Of a stretch of DNA of 64,000 bases, positions 45,151 through 56,280 are shown piece after piece. Within the stretch, counting starts at the first letter, position 1. Every line of letters starts with the position of its first letter. Below the pieces are notes generated by a model. It did no database searches and was not told the DNA's origin. It saw only the letters and a program-made list of their open reading frames with translations. The position numbers and the translations under genes were made by a program. Source of the stretch: Acidobacteriota bacterium (GTDB taxonomy: Bacteria; Acidobacteriota; UBA6911; RPQK01; JAJDTT01); the NCBI GenBank assembly GCA_965263035.1, contig OZ253580.1, forward strand, positions 3,904,001 to 3,968,000, in the 5' to 3' direction.

Positions 45151-45819
45151 TTGACGGCTCAAGGCCAGACCATTGAGCTGCCCATCTTTCCTCTCCCCGG
45201 GGTGGTGTTCTTCCCCCGGGTGATCCTCCCCCTGCACATCTTCGAGCCGCGCTACAAGGCCATGGTCGCCAGCGCCCTGGATGGGAACAGCCGCATCGGC
45301 ATGGTCCTGCTCCGGCAGGGCTGGCGGCGCCAATACCACGACTCCCCGCCGGTCTTCGGAACCGGAACCATGGGGTTGATCACTCAGCCGGAAGAGCTCG
45401 AGGACGGCAAGTACAATCTCTTGCTCCGGGGGCTCCAGCGCTATCAGATCCTGGAATTCCTGCAGGAAACGCCTTTCCGGCTGGCCCGGGTCCGGCTCCT
45501 GGAGGATGTGGCGCCGTCCGAGCCCGACGCCCAGACTCTTTGCTGGAAGATGGCCAAGCGCCTGAACCAGTTGGCGCCCGAGATCCGGTTTCCGCCGCTG
45601 GAGCCGAAATTGGCCGGCCAGCTCGATTTTCTGACCATGATCAACCTGATCTGTTGTTGTCTGGATCTCTCCGTCTACGACAAGCAGAGGCTGCTGGAGA
45701 CGGGCGATCTGGCGGTGCGGGCACGTGGAGTCCTGGGGGTGCTGGACCGGAAGCTGAAGGCCAAGAAACTGGTCTCCGGCTTTCAGTCCCTCCGGCCCGA
45801 GCATCCGGAGAGGAATTGA
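45151..45819 (+). CDS. LON peptidase substrate-binding domain protein
   Basis: LPIFPLPGVVFFP..PLHIFEPRY. Confidence 0.88.
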   Translation: MTAQGQTIELPIFPLPGVVFFPRVILPLHIFEPRYKAMVASALDGNSRIGMVLLRQGWRRQYHDSPPVFGTGTMGLITQPEELEDGKYNLLLRGLQRYQILEFLQETPFRLARVRLLEDVAPSEPDAQTLCWKMAKRLNQLAPEIRFPPLEPKLAGQLDFLTMINLICCCLDLSVYDKQRLLETGDLAVRARGVLGVLDRKLKAKKLVSGFQSLRPEHPERN

Positions 45820-45865
45820 GTTCCCGACCCGGCCACCGGCGGAAGCCGGCCGGACTGGATTTTCG

Positions 45866-47992
45866 ATGAGAGCTTCTGGGCTGCTGGCGCTTTGGCTGAC
45901 GACCTCCGTCCTCCCGGCGGCCGCGCCCGGTCTCGTCCAGACGCCGGCTGCTCCGGAACGGAATCTCAGCTACGACATCCAGGCCAAGCTGGATCCGGTG
46001 TCCAAGACGATCGAGGCCCAACAGGTCCTGAACTGGAAAAACTCCTCGGACACACCGGTCCGGGAGTTCCACTTTCACCTCTATCTGAACGCCTTCCGGA
46101 ACAACCGGTCCACCATGATGTGGGAGCAGGCGTTCGCCCCCTTCTGGAGGGACAAGGACCCGATTCCGGAGGACTACTGGGGCTTCATCGACGTTGGTTC
46201 CATCCAGGTCGAGGCGGACGGATCCCAGGGACCCACCCGCGTCGTGAGCCGCCGCTTCATCCATCCCGACGATGACAATGCGGAGGACCGGACGGTGCTC
46301 CAGGTGGAGCTGGACCGGCCTCTTGCCCTCGGCGAGCAAGTGCGCTTTCGAATCGAGTTCACCTCCAAGCTGCCCCGGGGCGCCCGCAGGACCGGCTGGG
46401 TGGAGGACTACTACTTCGTGGCCCAGTGGTTCCCCAAGCTGGGGGTCTTCGCCGACGGCGCCTGGTATTGCCACCAGTATCACTTCCACTCCGAGTTCTT
46501 CGCCGACTTCGGGGACTATGACGTGAGCCTGACGGTGCCTTCCGGCATGGAGGTGGGGGCCACGGGCCGCCGGGGCGCCGAGACCGACAATGGAGACGGG
46601 ACGCAGACTCACCGTTTCCAGCAGGAGAACGTGCATGACTTCGTCTGGGTGGCCAGCTCCCGGCTGCTGCCTCGAACCCGCCGGTTCGAACACCCCGGGC
46701 TTCCCTCCGTCGACATGCGGCTGCTTCTGCTGGAGGAGCACGAGCATCTGGAAGAACGGTATTTCCGAGCCATGGAGCATGCCCTGCGCCTCTTCGGGAC
46801 CTGGTTCGGACCCTATCCCTACTCCGTCCTCACCCTGGTCGATCCTCCCTACAACAGCCGCACCGGGGGGATGGAGTACCCCACTCTCGTGACCGGGAGG
46901 ACCGACTTCTGGTCGCCTCCGGAGACGCTCTCGCCCGAAGGAGTGACCATTCATGAGGTGGGCCACCAGTGGTGGTACGGCCTGGTGGCCAGCAACGAAG
47001 CCGAGGAGGCTTGGCTGGACGAAGGGATCACCTCCTGGGCCACGGACCGGGCCGCTCGCGAAGCCTACTCTCCCAGGGTTCACGTGGAATGGTTCCTGGG
47101 GGAGATCCCGGTGCCGTTCCCCTCCGTGGTCCGGCCCTTCGAAACCCGCAACCTGCCCTGGGTGCGCCGCGGTGGACGCCTCGACGTCATGACGCGCAAC
47201 TCCTGGAGTTTCCGGAACCGGCGCAGTTATTTCGTCAACGCCTACGCCAAGCCCGATATGGTGATGTGGACCCTGGAACGGTACCTGGGCTCCGAGGTCA
47301 TGCTACGGGCCGTTCGGACCTACTTCGAGCGTTACCGTTACCGTCATCCCACGACCGAGGACTTCGTCCGGACGGTCAGCGAGGTGGCCGGCGAGGACCT
47401 GGAGTGGTTCTTCCGGGAGACGGTCCACAGCGCCGAGGCCGTCGATTACGCAGTGACCGAAGCCCGGTCCGTGGCCATTCCGGACCTGAAAGGCATTCCA
47501 CCCGGCGAAGCCGAAGCGGAAGAGGAGGTGACCGTTCCGACCGGCGGCGAGAGTGCCGAGGCCGAGGTCCCGGCGCAATTGGAAGCGGAGGCCCCGGCTC
47601 CGGATCAGGGACCGGAAGTCGCTGGCGATGCCTCAACCGAAGAGGAAACCGCGTCGAAGAAGCTCTACTGGAGCCGGGTGGTGGTGACCCGCCTGCAGGG
47701 AGGGCGGTTTCCCGTCGACGTGGTCATGGAGTTCGAGGACGGGAAACGTTTCCGCCGCCTCTGGGACGGGCAGTACCGGTGGGTCCGGTACGAGTTCAAG
47801 CGGCCGTCGCGGCTCAAGTCGGCCGTGGTCGATCCCGACCGGAAGCTGCTTCTGGACATCAATCCCACCAACAACAGTCGGCTGGTGAAGCCGCCAACAA
47901 CTGGCGGGCGCTCTCTGGCTACATGGAAATGGACCGCGAAGTGGCTCTTCTGGTTGCAGAACCTGATGGAAACCTTCGCTCTGATCTCATGA
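45866..47992 (+). CDS. M1 family metallopeptidase, exported
   Basis: GGMEYP, HEVGHQWW..WLDEG; signal peptide. Confidence 0.92.
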   Translation: MRASGLLALWLTTSVLPAAAPGLVQTPAAPERNLSYDIQAKLDPVSKTIEAQQVLNWKNSSDTPVREFHFHLYLNAFRNNRSTMMWEQAFAPFWRDKDPIPEDYWGFIDVGSIQVEADGSQGPTRVVSRRFIHPDDDNAEDRTVLQVELDRPLALGEQVRFRIEFTSKLPRGARRTGWVEDYYFVAQWFPKLGVFADGAWYCHQYHFHSEFFADFGDYDVSLTVPSGMEVGATGRRGAETDNGDGTQTHRFQQENVHDFVWVASSRLLPRTRRFEHPGLPSVDMRLLLLEEHEHLEERYFRAMEHALRLFGTWFGPYPYSVLTLVDPPYNSRTGGMEYPTLVTGRTDFWSPPETLSPEGVTIHEVGHQWWYGLVASNEAEEAWLDEGITSWATDRAAREAYSPRVHVEWFLGEIPVPFPSVVRPFETRNLPWVRRGGRLDVMTRNSWSFRNRRSYFVNAYAKPDMVMWTLERYLGSEVMLRAVRTYFERYRYRHPTTEDFVRTVSEVAGEDLEWFFRETVHSAEAVDYAVTEARSVAIPDLKGIPPGEAEAEEEVTVPTGGESAEAEVPAQLEAEAPAPDQGPEVAGDASTEEETASKKLYWSRVVVTRLQGGRFPVDVVMEFEDGKRFRRLWDGQYRWVRYEFKRPSRLKSAVVDPDRKLLLDINPTNNSRLVKPPTTGGRSLATWKWTAKWLFWLQNLMETFALIS

Positions 47993-49014
47993 CTCTCGCC
48001 GGCTGCGCGGCTCAGGGTTGGCGGCATCTGCCGGCCCACAAGAAGTCGATCCTCTATCTCTATCTGGTGATCCTGGGATCGGCGTCCATCCTGCTCCTTC
48101 CCTTCATGGAGAGCTTCGAGTCCTCCTTGGGATCCGGCATCTATCGGGAACGGCTGGTGACGGTTCTGGACTACGACTGGTACCAGCTCTTCCGGGACCG
48201 GGTGCAGGGGGCGGGCGAGAGCTTCGGTCCCTGGGTCCTGGGAGCGGGTCCCTTCCTCCACACCCTGGAGGTTCTGCTGAAAGACGGCTTCGGCAAGTTG
48301 CCGGCGGCGGTTCTCGGCGCCGCTGCCATCTATCTTCTGCTGCACACCTTCGTACTCTCGGCGGCGGTCAGCTCCCTTCACCTCCACCCCGGCGGGGCCA
48401 GCACCCGGGGGTTCCTCCGCAACGGAGCCGAGTATTTCGGCCGGTTCCTCAGGCTGAGCCTGCTGGCGCTTCTTCTCTACTGGTGTCTGAGGCACGTGCT
48501 CCTGACCCCAGTGGACGGGTGGGTCGACTCGTTTTCCGACGCCGCCGCGACCGAGGTCACCGGTTTCTACCTCAGTCTGGCGCGCTATCTTCTGGTCCTC
48601 GTCCTGGTTCTGGTCCTGGACCTGATCCTGGACTACGCTCGAATCAAGGTCGTCCTGGAAGACCGCACCAGCGTTCTGTTGGCGGTGGTGGCCGCTGCCG
48701 GATTCTGCAAGAGGAATTTCCTGGGCGCCACAGGGCTCTATCTGCTCCTGGTGGGTTTCACCCTGGTCTGGGCCGGCCTGTATCTGGGCTTCGATACCCT
48801 GGTCGGAGACGATTCCTGGGGAGGAATTCTGGTGGCGTTCGTGGTGCAGCAGATCCACATGCTGGGCAGAATGGCGCTGAAGCTCCTGGGCTTCGGCGCC
48901 CAGATCCAGTTCGTCAAGAGCCGTGATCCCTGGTTTCGCGACCGGGAACCGGAAGGAGCGGAGACATCCTTGTCCCCCACAATCCCACGAGAAGGAGTCG
49001 AGGGAACGGCGTGA
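47989..49014 (+). CDS. Polytopic membrane protein
   Basis: Multiple hydrophobic segments, YFGRFLRL and DYARI; ATGA overlap with the M1 peptidase gene. Confidence 0.7.
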   Translation: MTLAGCAAQGWRHLPAHKKSILYLYLVILGSASILLLPFMESFESSLGSGIYRERLVTVLDYDWYQLFRDRVQGAGESFGPWVLGAGPFLHTLEVLLKDGFGKLPAAVLGAAAIYLLLHTFVLSAAVSSLHLHPGGASTRGFLRNGAEYFGRFLRLSLLALLLYWCLRHVLLTPVDGWVDSFSDAAATEVTGFYLSLARYLLVLVLVLVLDLILDYARIKVVLEDRTSVLLAVVAAAGFCKRNFLGATGLYLLLVGFTLVWAGLYLGFDTLVGDDSWGGILVAFVVQQIHMLGRMALKLLGFGAQIQFVKSRDPWFRDREPEGAETSLSPTIPREGVEGTA

Positions 49015-50789
49015 TGGTGCGTCTCCGGTGGTCGTTCCTGGCTCTGCTCTTTCTCACCGGCGCCGCCGGCGCCCGGGACGAAGGACGGCTCTTGGAGCAC
49101 CTGCGTCATCTTGCCTCCGACGAGATGCAGGGCCGAGGGAACGGTTCGCCCGGCATGGAGCGGGCCGCACACTATCTGGCGGAGGAATTCCGCCGGATCG
49201 GCCTGGAGCCGGCTGGGGCCGAGGGCACGTTCTTCCAGCCCTTCACCATCACCACGGGCCGGAACCTGGGGCCGGACAATCGACTGAGGATTCGGGGGCC
49301 CGAGAGCGCCCGAGAGTTCTCGGCCGGCGCCGAGTACCAGCTTGTGACCTATGGACCAAATCGGAGTGTTTCCGGAGAACTATTCTTCGCCGGTTTCGGA
49401 ATCACGGCGCCCGATGATCACAAGTACGACGACTACGGCGACTGGGATGTTCGAGGCCGGGTGGTGGTGGCGTTCGAGCACGAACCCCAGGAGCGTTTCG
49501 CGTCCAGCCCCTTTCACGGCAAGGACCTGACGTCCTATTCCACGGTGATCCACAAGGCGCTCAACGCCCGGAGGCGCGGCGCCGTGGCGCTGATTCTGAT
49601 TCCCGATCGATTCAATCACCCCAAGCGGGGTTCCCGCCGGACTGCGGAACTGGAAACCGTGGCCAACGTGGGGATCCCCACCGTTCGGCTGCCCGGACGT
49701 TGGGGCGAGCGTCTGCTCCGCGAGGCGGGACGGGATCCGTCCGAGATCGACCGGTGGATTCACCATCACCTCACCCCCTACTCGTTCCCCATGGATGGGA
49801 TTACCGTCCATCTGGATGTGGACGTGGTCTCGGTCAGCCACCAGGTGAATAACGTGCTGGGCTATCTTCCCGGTGACTCCGAGGAAGTGGTGGTGATCGG
49901 CGCGCACTATGACCACCTGGGGTACGGGGACGAATCCTCGTTGGCCGAACAACGCTTGGGGCAGATCCACAACGGGGCGGACGACAACGCTTCCGGGGTG
50001 GCCGGGCTGCTGGTCCTGGCCCGTGATCTGTCGGCGGCCCGGCCCGGCCGCACCGTGCTTTTCGCCGCATTTGCAGCCGAGGAGCTGGGACTTCTGGGGT
50101 CTCGCCACTACGTGCAGCATCCGCCTTTGCCGTTGGAACGAACCGTGGCCATGGTGAACCTGGACATGATCGGACGCAGCGACGGCGACGTGCTGATTGG
50201 AGGAGTGGGCACGGCGGAGGAGTTCCGGGACCTGCTCCACGAGGTGGAGGCGAACTCACCGCTCACCTTCAAATACGCCAGCACCCCCCGGGGTTCGAGC
50301 GACCATCTGTCGTTCGCCGCGGCGGGAGTGCCGGTCCTCTTCTTCTTTACCGGTCTGCATCCGGACTACCACAAGCCGTCCGACGACTGGGAGAAGATCG
50401 ACCTGGTCCGAACCTGGCAGGTGGTGGAGGCCGTGCGCCAGACGGTGGGCCGGCTGAACCGTCTGGAGAGTCGACCCCAATTTGTGGACCTTCGGCACGG
50501 GAGGATACCGCTCGACGAGCGGCCCTGGTTGGGGATCGCTCCCGACATGAGCTGGACTCTGGGAGGCGTCCAGATCGAGCAGGTCTTGAGTTGGAGTCCG
50601 GCCCACGATGCGGGATTGCAGGAGAAGGACGTGCTGGTGGAGTTCGGCGGGCGGGAGGTGCGCAATCTTCGGGACCTTCGGAACCTGCTCCGGTCCCGGA
50701 AGCCGGGAGACCAGGTTCAGATCCTGCTGCTGAGGCAGGGCCATCTGGTAGAGGCGACTGCACGGCTGGATCGCCGGTCGGCGCAGTAG
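49011..50789 (+). CDS. M28 family peptidase with PA and PDZ domains
   Basis: LASDEMQGR, GAHYDHLG, NGADDNASG, AEELGLLGS, SDH, DYHKPSD; C-terminal PDZ. Confidence 0.92.
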   Translation: MMVRLRWSFLALLFLTGAAGARDEGRLLEHLRHLASDEMQGRGNGSPGMERAAHYLAEEFRRIGLEPAGAEGTFFQPFTITTGRNLGPDNRLRIRGPESAREFSAGAEYQLVTYGPNRSVSGELFFAGFGITAPDDHKYDDYGDWDVRGRVVVAFEHEPQERFASSPFHGKDLTSYSTVIHKALNARRRGAVALILIPDRFNHPKRGSRRTAELETVANVGIPTVRLPGRWGERLLREAGRDPSEIDRWIHHHLTPYSFPMDGITVHLDVDVVSVSHQVNNVLGYLPGDSEEVVVIGAHYDHLGYGDESSLAEQRLGQIHNGADDNASGVAGLLVLARDLSAARPGRTVLFAAFAAEELGLLGSRHYVQHPPLPLERTVAMVNLDMIGRSDGDVLIGGVGTAEEFRDLLHEVEANSPLTFKYASTPRGSSDHLSFAAAGVPVLFFFTGLHPDYHKPSDDWEKIDLVRTWQVVEAVRQTVGRLNRLESRPQFVDLRHGRIPLDERPWLGIAPDMSWTLGGVQIEQVLSWSPAHDAGLQEKDVLVEFGGREVRNLRDLRNLLRSRKPGDQVQILLLRQGHLVEATARLDRRSAQ

Positions 50790-50844
50790 AGGATTGGTTC
50801 GAATCGTAGATTTCCCGGGGATTTCCCGGGTCGCGGGCTCCTAG

Positions 50845-51003
50845 GAGTCTGCGCGGTAGAAATGATCGTAGCGAGAAAGTGGGGAATCGAGGCCAGATTT
50901 TCTCGATTTTGAGGTGCATAGTTGTTCTATTCGCCGAGAAATCGGGGAAATATGGACCGATTCTACCGCTTTTGCAGTAGGTCAATTTCTGCGGCGCAGG
51001 CTC
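50845..51003. mobile_element. 159-bp MITE, copy 2
   Basis: Same sequence as 11065-11223 apart from a few SNPs, flanked by CTAG/CTAG. Confidence 0.85.
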
Positions 51004-51302
51004 CTAGAGCAACAGATCTGGTCTCCGTTCTTCCAGACGGCGGCAGGGCTACTCTCTTCCACTGAAGGAGATGGTGTCCATCCCAAAAGGCTGCACCGAA
51101 ATCCAGATCGCGGTTAGATCACTTAATGTGACAATGTCCTATCAGCCTGTGGCAAAAGTCGTCACGGCATTCGACCGTCCCTGCATCGTGCGCGGACTGT
51201 GTTGCTATCGGCTCACATACTCCCGGTATGCTCCCTCCGTTGCGCCTTGTCCGGCGGGCGCAGGAACGGTCTCGGTGCTCGCGGGACTTTCACCACGGAC
51301 TG

Positions 51303-52595
51303 CTATGCGATGCGTTTCCGGTTGCTACGGCGCCGGCGGCCAGAGGAATTGGAATTCCTCCCACGATTGGGCGACCCTCCGCCAGGCCGCATGCCACGTA
51401 CGTTATGACCATAGGCCTGGCGAGGGCGTGGCGGCCGCTCGGCGACGTCGGGCTCAAAGCCGACGACCTTCCGACGCGGAATCGGGGCCCCGATCATGCG
51501 TTCGGTGGCCTGAACCCAGCCGCGATCAATACCGGTGACGAAGGTACAAGCGATACCCTTGCGTTCTGCGCGACCCGTACGTCCGATGCGGTGGATGTAG
51601 GCTTCCGGAGTGTTCGGCACGTCGAAGTTAATCACATGGGAAACACCGCTCACGTCTATGCCTCGAGCCGCGATGTCCGTGGCTACAAGGATATTGAAGC
51701 GACGGGCGCGGAACCCGCTCATGGCGCGATCGCGCTGGGGCTGGGACATGGATCCCTGAAGACCTACGGCTCGGTGTCCGTCCCTGCTCAACTGATGCGC
51801 TAATCGCCGGGCGCGGTGCTTCGTACGAGTGAAGATAATGGCCGAGTCGCAATCGTCGCCGGTGAGCAGGTGTTCAAGCAGAACTCTCTTACGCCCCTCC
51901 CCGACCATGTACAGACCGTGATCGACGGTGGCGACCGGGGCTGTACCGGCCAGCTCGATCACGTGGGGATCCGTCAACAGATCGTCCGCCAGTCGACGAA
52001 TCTCTCTCGGCATGGTGGCCGAAAACAGCAGGTTCTGGCGCCGCTCGGGCATCGCAGCGAGAATCTTGCGAATGTCGGGCAAGAAACCCATGTCAAACAT
52101 GTGATCGGCCTCGTCGAGGACCAGCGTTTCTACGTAGCCGAGGCGGAGCACCCGCTGCCCGAGCAGGTCGAGCACGCGTCCCGGACAACCCACAATGATT
52201 TCCGGGTGCTGGCGTAGCGAGTTGATCTGGTTACGCGTCGAAACGCCACCATAGATTGTGAGGGTCTTCAGGCGTGTAAACCTGGACAGCGTGCGGATCT
52301 CAGCCGCGATCTGATTGGCGAGTTCCCGTGTGGGAGCGAGCACCAGAGCTCGAGGGGCCGGGCGGCGCACTTTGAGAAGCCGGTCGAGCAGCGGCAGTGC
52401 AAAGGCCGCCGTCTTGCCGGTGCCGGTCTGGGCCAAGCCCAGCACGTCGCGACCGGCGCGACCCGCGGGAATAGTCTCCTGTTGGATCCGCCAAGGATTC
52501 TCGAAGCCAATGCCGCGAATGCCGCGAATGAGGGCTTGATGGAGTTCAAACCGTTCGAAACCGTTCGAAACCGTAGATACGAAACTAGAAATCAA
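51303..52595 (-). CDS. DEAD-box RNA helicase (RhlE-like)
   Basis: AQTGTGKT, PTRELA, DEAD, SAT, ARGID and HRIGRTGRA motifs; start codon approximate. Confidence 0.93.
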   Translation of the reverse strand: MISSFVSTVSNGFERFELHQALIRGIRGIGFENPWRIQQETIPAGRAGRDVLGLAQTGTGKTAAFALPLLDRLLKVRRPAPRALVLAPTRELANQIAAEIRTLSRFTRLKTLTIYGGVSTRNQINSLRQHPEIIVGCPGRVLDLLGQRVLRLGYVETLVLDEADHMFDMGFLPDIRKILAAMPERRQNLLFSATMPREIRRLADDLLTDPHVIELAGTAPVATVDHGLYMVGEGRKRVLLEHLLTGDDCDSAIIFTRTKHRARRLAHQLSRDGHRAVGLQGSMSQPQRDRAMSGFRARRFNILVATDIAARGIDVSGVSHVINFDVPNTPEAYIHRIGRTGRAERKGIACTFVTGIDRGWVQATERMIGAPIPRRKVVGFEPDVAERPPRPRQAYGHNVRGMRPGGGSPNRGRNSNSSGRRRRSNRKRIA

Positions 52596-52969
52596 AATAT
52601 TTTTCTCCGCCGTGCGCACACAGGCAGATCCTGTACGGCACGACTGTAGTTTCCGACCCAGACAACAGCTAAGGGTAAGAGGGATTCGTGGGCGGCGCGA
52701 CCTTGGAAGGATTACTAAAGAGGTACTGTTGATCGCCACTTTCGGGCTGAGCCCGATCAGGGAACAAACAGGATAGCTGTTCTTGACGATTATTACCACC
52801 CGGGCACTCGCCATCATCCTGATACCGAGGCCAATTGAGTATTGCGGATTGTTGATGCAGTGCCTATCAGCATGACCGCCACCCGCCAAGCGGTGCGCCA
52901 GGATGAGAGAAGTGAAGGATCTCAATGACCGCTCACTCCAATTGCCCAGGTGTGAGGCATCCCGGTCAG

Positions 52970-53540
52970 CAAGCCTCGGCTTCGTCCTTTTCCGCGTAGT
53001 CCGAGGCTTTGAAGTCCGTCCATGCTTGGGCTCGTACCTTCCGTGCCTGCTCACGAAGATCGACGGCTTTGGCGCGGGCGTCGGCGAGGGTGATTGTCAT
53101 GGCGACCTGTTCGTTCTTCGGCGGGATGGAAAAAGTGAGGCCCAAAAAGCGGTTTTCGAGATGTTCTTCGTCGTTGGTGAAGTCCGGTCACGTTCGCTCC
53201 GATCTGGCGCCGAACATCGGAGATACGGAGAATCTCCATCAGAAACGTCGCGTCAACCGGCGCGGGTTGGCGCGCAACGGACCGGAAGATCTTGTCGCAA
53301 AGCAGGAGTTTCGGGCACCTCTCGCTAATCAAGGCAGTTTCGCCGACGAGCCGCGTGATGTTGACGCGGCTAATCAGGATTTGCCCTGGCTTCGCCTCAA
53401 GGCGTGGACGCGGCTTGAGGTGTTTGGGCAGAGTGGGTTGTGTTGCAACTTTGGCCGACGGCGGCTGGTAGCCTGAAGAGATCATGGAGAAGGCAATCCG
53501 ACCGCCGACCTTCAGGACTTTCGGTATCAGTCGGCAATTG
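52970..53540 (-). pseudogene. Type I restriction-modification specificity subunit (HsdS) relic
   Basis: Across three frames: GQILISRVNITRLVG..LCDKIFR..VRRQI..TG / TSPTTKNISK / GLTFSIPPKNEQ; two frameshifts; boundaries approximate. Confidence 0.6.
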
Positions 53541-53679
53541 GAGCACGGGAGAAGGGGAGCACGGGAGAAGGGGACAGTTACCTTCTCTCAGGAGTTACCC
53601 CCAGGCAAGGCTGATCAAGGCGGATCCGACAAAAACTGAGGTGCCGATTGCGGCTCCTTTCCAGGCTCCGTCGCCCGCT

Positions 53680-54429
53680 GCATTTGCAGCCGAGGAGCTG
53701 GGACTTCTGGGGTCTCGCCACTACGTGCAGCATCCGCCTTTGCCGTTGGAACGAACCGTGGCCATGGTGAACCTGGACATGATCGGACGCAGCAACGGCG
53801 ACGTGCTGATTGGAGGAGTGGGCACGGCGGAGGAGTTCCGGGACCTGCTCCACGAGGTGGAGGCGAACTCACCGCTGACCTTCAAATACGCCAGCACCCC
53901 CCGGGGTTCGAGCGACCATCTGTCGTTCGCCGCGGCGGGAGTGCCGGTCCTCTTCTTCTTTACCGGTCTGCATCCGGACTACCACAAGCCGTCCGACGAC
54001 TGGGAGAAGATCGACCTGGTCCGAACCTGGCAGGTGGTGGAGGCCGTGCGCCAGACGGTGGGCCGGCTGAACCGTCTGGAGAGTCGACCCCAATTTGTGG
54101 ACCTCCGGCACGGGAGGATACCGCTCGACGAGCGGCCCTGGTTGGGGATCGCTCCCGACATGAGCTGGACTCTGGGAGGCGTCCAGATCGAGCAGGTCTT
54201 GAGTTGGAGTCCCGCCCAAGACGCGGGATTGCAGGAGAAGGACGTGCTGGTGGAGTTCGGCGGGCGGGAAGTGCGCAATCTCCGGGACCTCCGGGACCTC
54301 CGGGACCTCCGGGACCTCCGGAACCTGCTCCGGTTCCGGAAGCCGCGAGATCAGGTCCGGCTCCTGGTGCTGCGAAAGGGGCACCTGGTGGAGATGACTG
54401 CGCGGCTCGATCGCCGGTCCGCGCAGTAG
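53680..54429 (+). pseudogene. Duplicated 3' end of the M28-PDZ peptidase gene
   Basis: Direct repeat of 50067-50789 with three extra 9-bp CTCCGGGAC units and a diverged terminal segment. Confidence 0.88.
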
Positions 54430-54434
54430 GGGCA

Positions 54435-54458
54435 GGAGGGGGGACATTCTTGTCCCCC
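54435..54458 (+). repeat. REP-like palindrome variant
   Basis: GGAGGGGGGACATTCTTGTCCCCC; a similar variant lies at 48955-48978. Confidence 0.55.
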
Positions 54459-54679
54459 ATTCCCCAATGCAGTGACGTCGTGGAGGAGGACATCCATGTT
54501 CCCCCGCACACGCTGGAATCAGGGGTCGCAAACCGCCATCCCCACGCCCCCCCTTTTTCTGCCAGGATTACGCGGGCCCGCGGCCGGTGGGGGAGCTTTT
54601 CTCTTTCCTATTTTCCTCAGTTTCTCAGAGGTTCGGGTCACCGGGTCCGTCACCCCAGCGTTCGTGAACGCCTCGGTCG

Positions 54680-55462
54680 TCATCCACAGGCCAGGACACG
54701 TTCGCCGAGCGGCTGCACGGGCCGAAAGTTGTTCGGATAGATGGCGCCGAACGTGGCGATCTGCTCCGCCGACATCGTAAGCGGATCGGTCAGGATTACC
54801 CAGTCGACACCCTCGGTGCAGGGCGGAGTCGTGAGCGATCCTCGGTAGCGCCACGTGGTTCGCGTGGCGGGCAGCAACGACGCCAAGTCGAGTTCGCCCG
54901 GAACCACGTGCGACGCCCCAGGTTCGCGCGGGAGGTGTGCCCAGACTGGTCGCAGCGCGCAGTTCGGCTTTCCTTCCTCGAACAGAACTCCGACCATCGC
55001 AAGCGAGCCGCCATCACTCCGATGCACCAAGTGCATCTCCAGCGGCAGCTGAGTGCCGTCAACCGTATGCTCGCTGGCATGGTGAAAGTGAAACTGTTGC
55101 AGGTCGAAGCGTACGCTGTTGAGGACGGTGGCGCTGCCGGGGTCCGGGTTCACCTGGATCGTTTTCCCGGTATTCCCGACGACGATGCGGGTCCGCCGGT
55201 AGTCAAACTCGATCGAGATCGGATCGGGACGCCGGCCGGCGGTCAGGTCGATGGGAGACTGCTCCTCACCCAAGGCGCACGCGCTGAACGTTGGGTCGAG
55301 TGTCCCCCAGAGAGCCGGGCCGTTGTGCGGTTCGTAGCCCCATGAGGGGCCGGTATTTGGCGATCCACCTTTGCCCCCGATAGGCGGCGAATCCCCGGCA
55401 CTCTGGCACCCAAATGGCGCCACCGCGCCGAAGGCGATCCCGGCCAAGAGATTTCGCTTCAT
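54680..55462 (-). CDS. Alpha-class carbonic anhydrase (putative lipoprotein)
   Basis: WGY, QSPIDL, QFHFH..SEH, EMHLVH, GSLTTPPCTEGV, NFRPVQPL. Confidence 0.95.
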   Translation of the reverse strand: MKRNLLAGIAFGAVAPFGCQSAGDSPPIGGKGGSPNTGPSWGYEPHNGPALWGTLDPTFSACALGEEQSPIDLTAGRRPDPISIEFDYRRTRIVVGNTGKTIQVNPDPGSATVLNSVRFDLQQFHFHHASEHTVDGTQLPLEMHLVHRSDGGSLAMVGVLFEEGKPNCALRPVWAHLPREPGASHVVPGELDLASLLPATRTTWRYRGSLTTPPCTEGVDWVILTDPLTMSAEQIATFGAIYPNNFRPVQPLGERVLACG

Positions 55463-55673
55463 GACGCCTCCGTATCTCTCAGGTCAACGCGACAACATTC
55501 GGCACCGGACGGCACACGATCTCATTGAAGAACTGATCGCCGAGCTTGAGCACGCTCTCCCAAACTGCGGGCGCGTCGAGCCAGCTCGATTTCTTCCCGA
55601 ACGGCTCCCCCGTAGAGCCAGATCCAAGCGTAGCTTCCGCCGTCGTCCTGGAGCCTTACCCTGGATCCGGGTC

Positions 55674-56117
55674 TCAACCTGTCTTGACCCAAGCTCTGAC
55701 TCGTTTCACGTGTGCCAACGGCCGCAACATCGCAGAAAAAACATCGCGCACGATCCCTTGCTCGTCCACCAGGAAAGTCACGCGCCCGGGTAGCCTCCAT
55801 GAAAAGGCCCCGTACAGACGGCGTACGGCATCATCCGGGTCGCTGGCGATCTGAAAGGGCAAGGCATTGCATTCGGCAAAACTCCGGTGTGAGTCCACGC
55901 TGGCACGGTTGATGCCGATCACCTCCACGCCCAGTCCTGCCAGGTCCTCATAAATGTCGCGGAGGGCACGAACCTGGAAGGTGCACCCCGGGGAATCGTC
56001 CGCCGGGTAGAAAAACAACACCACCTTCCGGCCGCGCAACGAGCTCAACCGGAAGGTGTCATTCTTCGTTGTCTTCAGAACGAAGTCAGGTGCGGTATCA
56101 CCGACGGAAACTGCCAC
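55674..56117 (-). CDS. bcp: Peroxiredoxin (BCP/PrxQ type)
   Basis: GDTAPDF, FFYPADDSPGCT and GRVTFLVD motifs. Confidence 0.88.
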   Translation of the reverse strand: MAVSVGDTAPDFVLKTTKNDTFRLSSLRGRKVVLFFYPADDSPGCTFQVRALRDIYEDLAGLGVEVIGINRASVDSHRSFAECNALPFQIASDPDDAVRRLYGAFSWRLPGRVTFLVDEQGIVRDVFSAMLRPLAHVKRVRAWVKTG

Positions 56118-56280
56118 AATCTGGAATGTCTACCAAAACGGGCCGAACGAAACGACAAAAGACGCAGGAGCGAAGATTAAAGGCGGGAACCAAACGTCTC
56201 GAAGATGTGCCGGGTCACGAAGAATCTTCTGGTCCGGAGACTGGCCGAACGGCTAGACCTTGGACCAAACGTGGAACCGG

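Noticed and set aside
52596-53054. 150-aa N-terminal extension of the DEAD-box helicase
   Set aside because: No recognisable domain and it overlaps the hsdS relic; probably an open frame upstream of the real start
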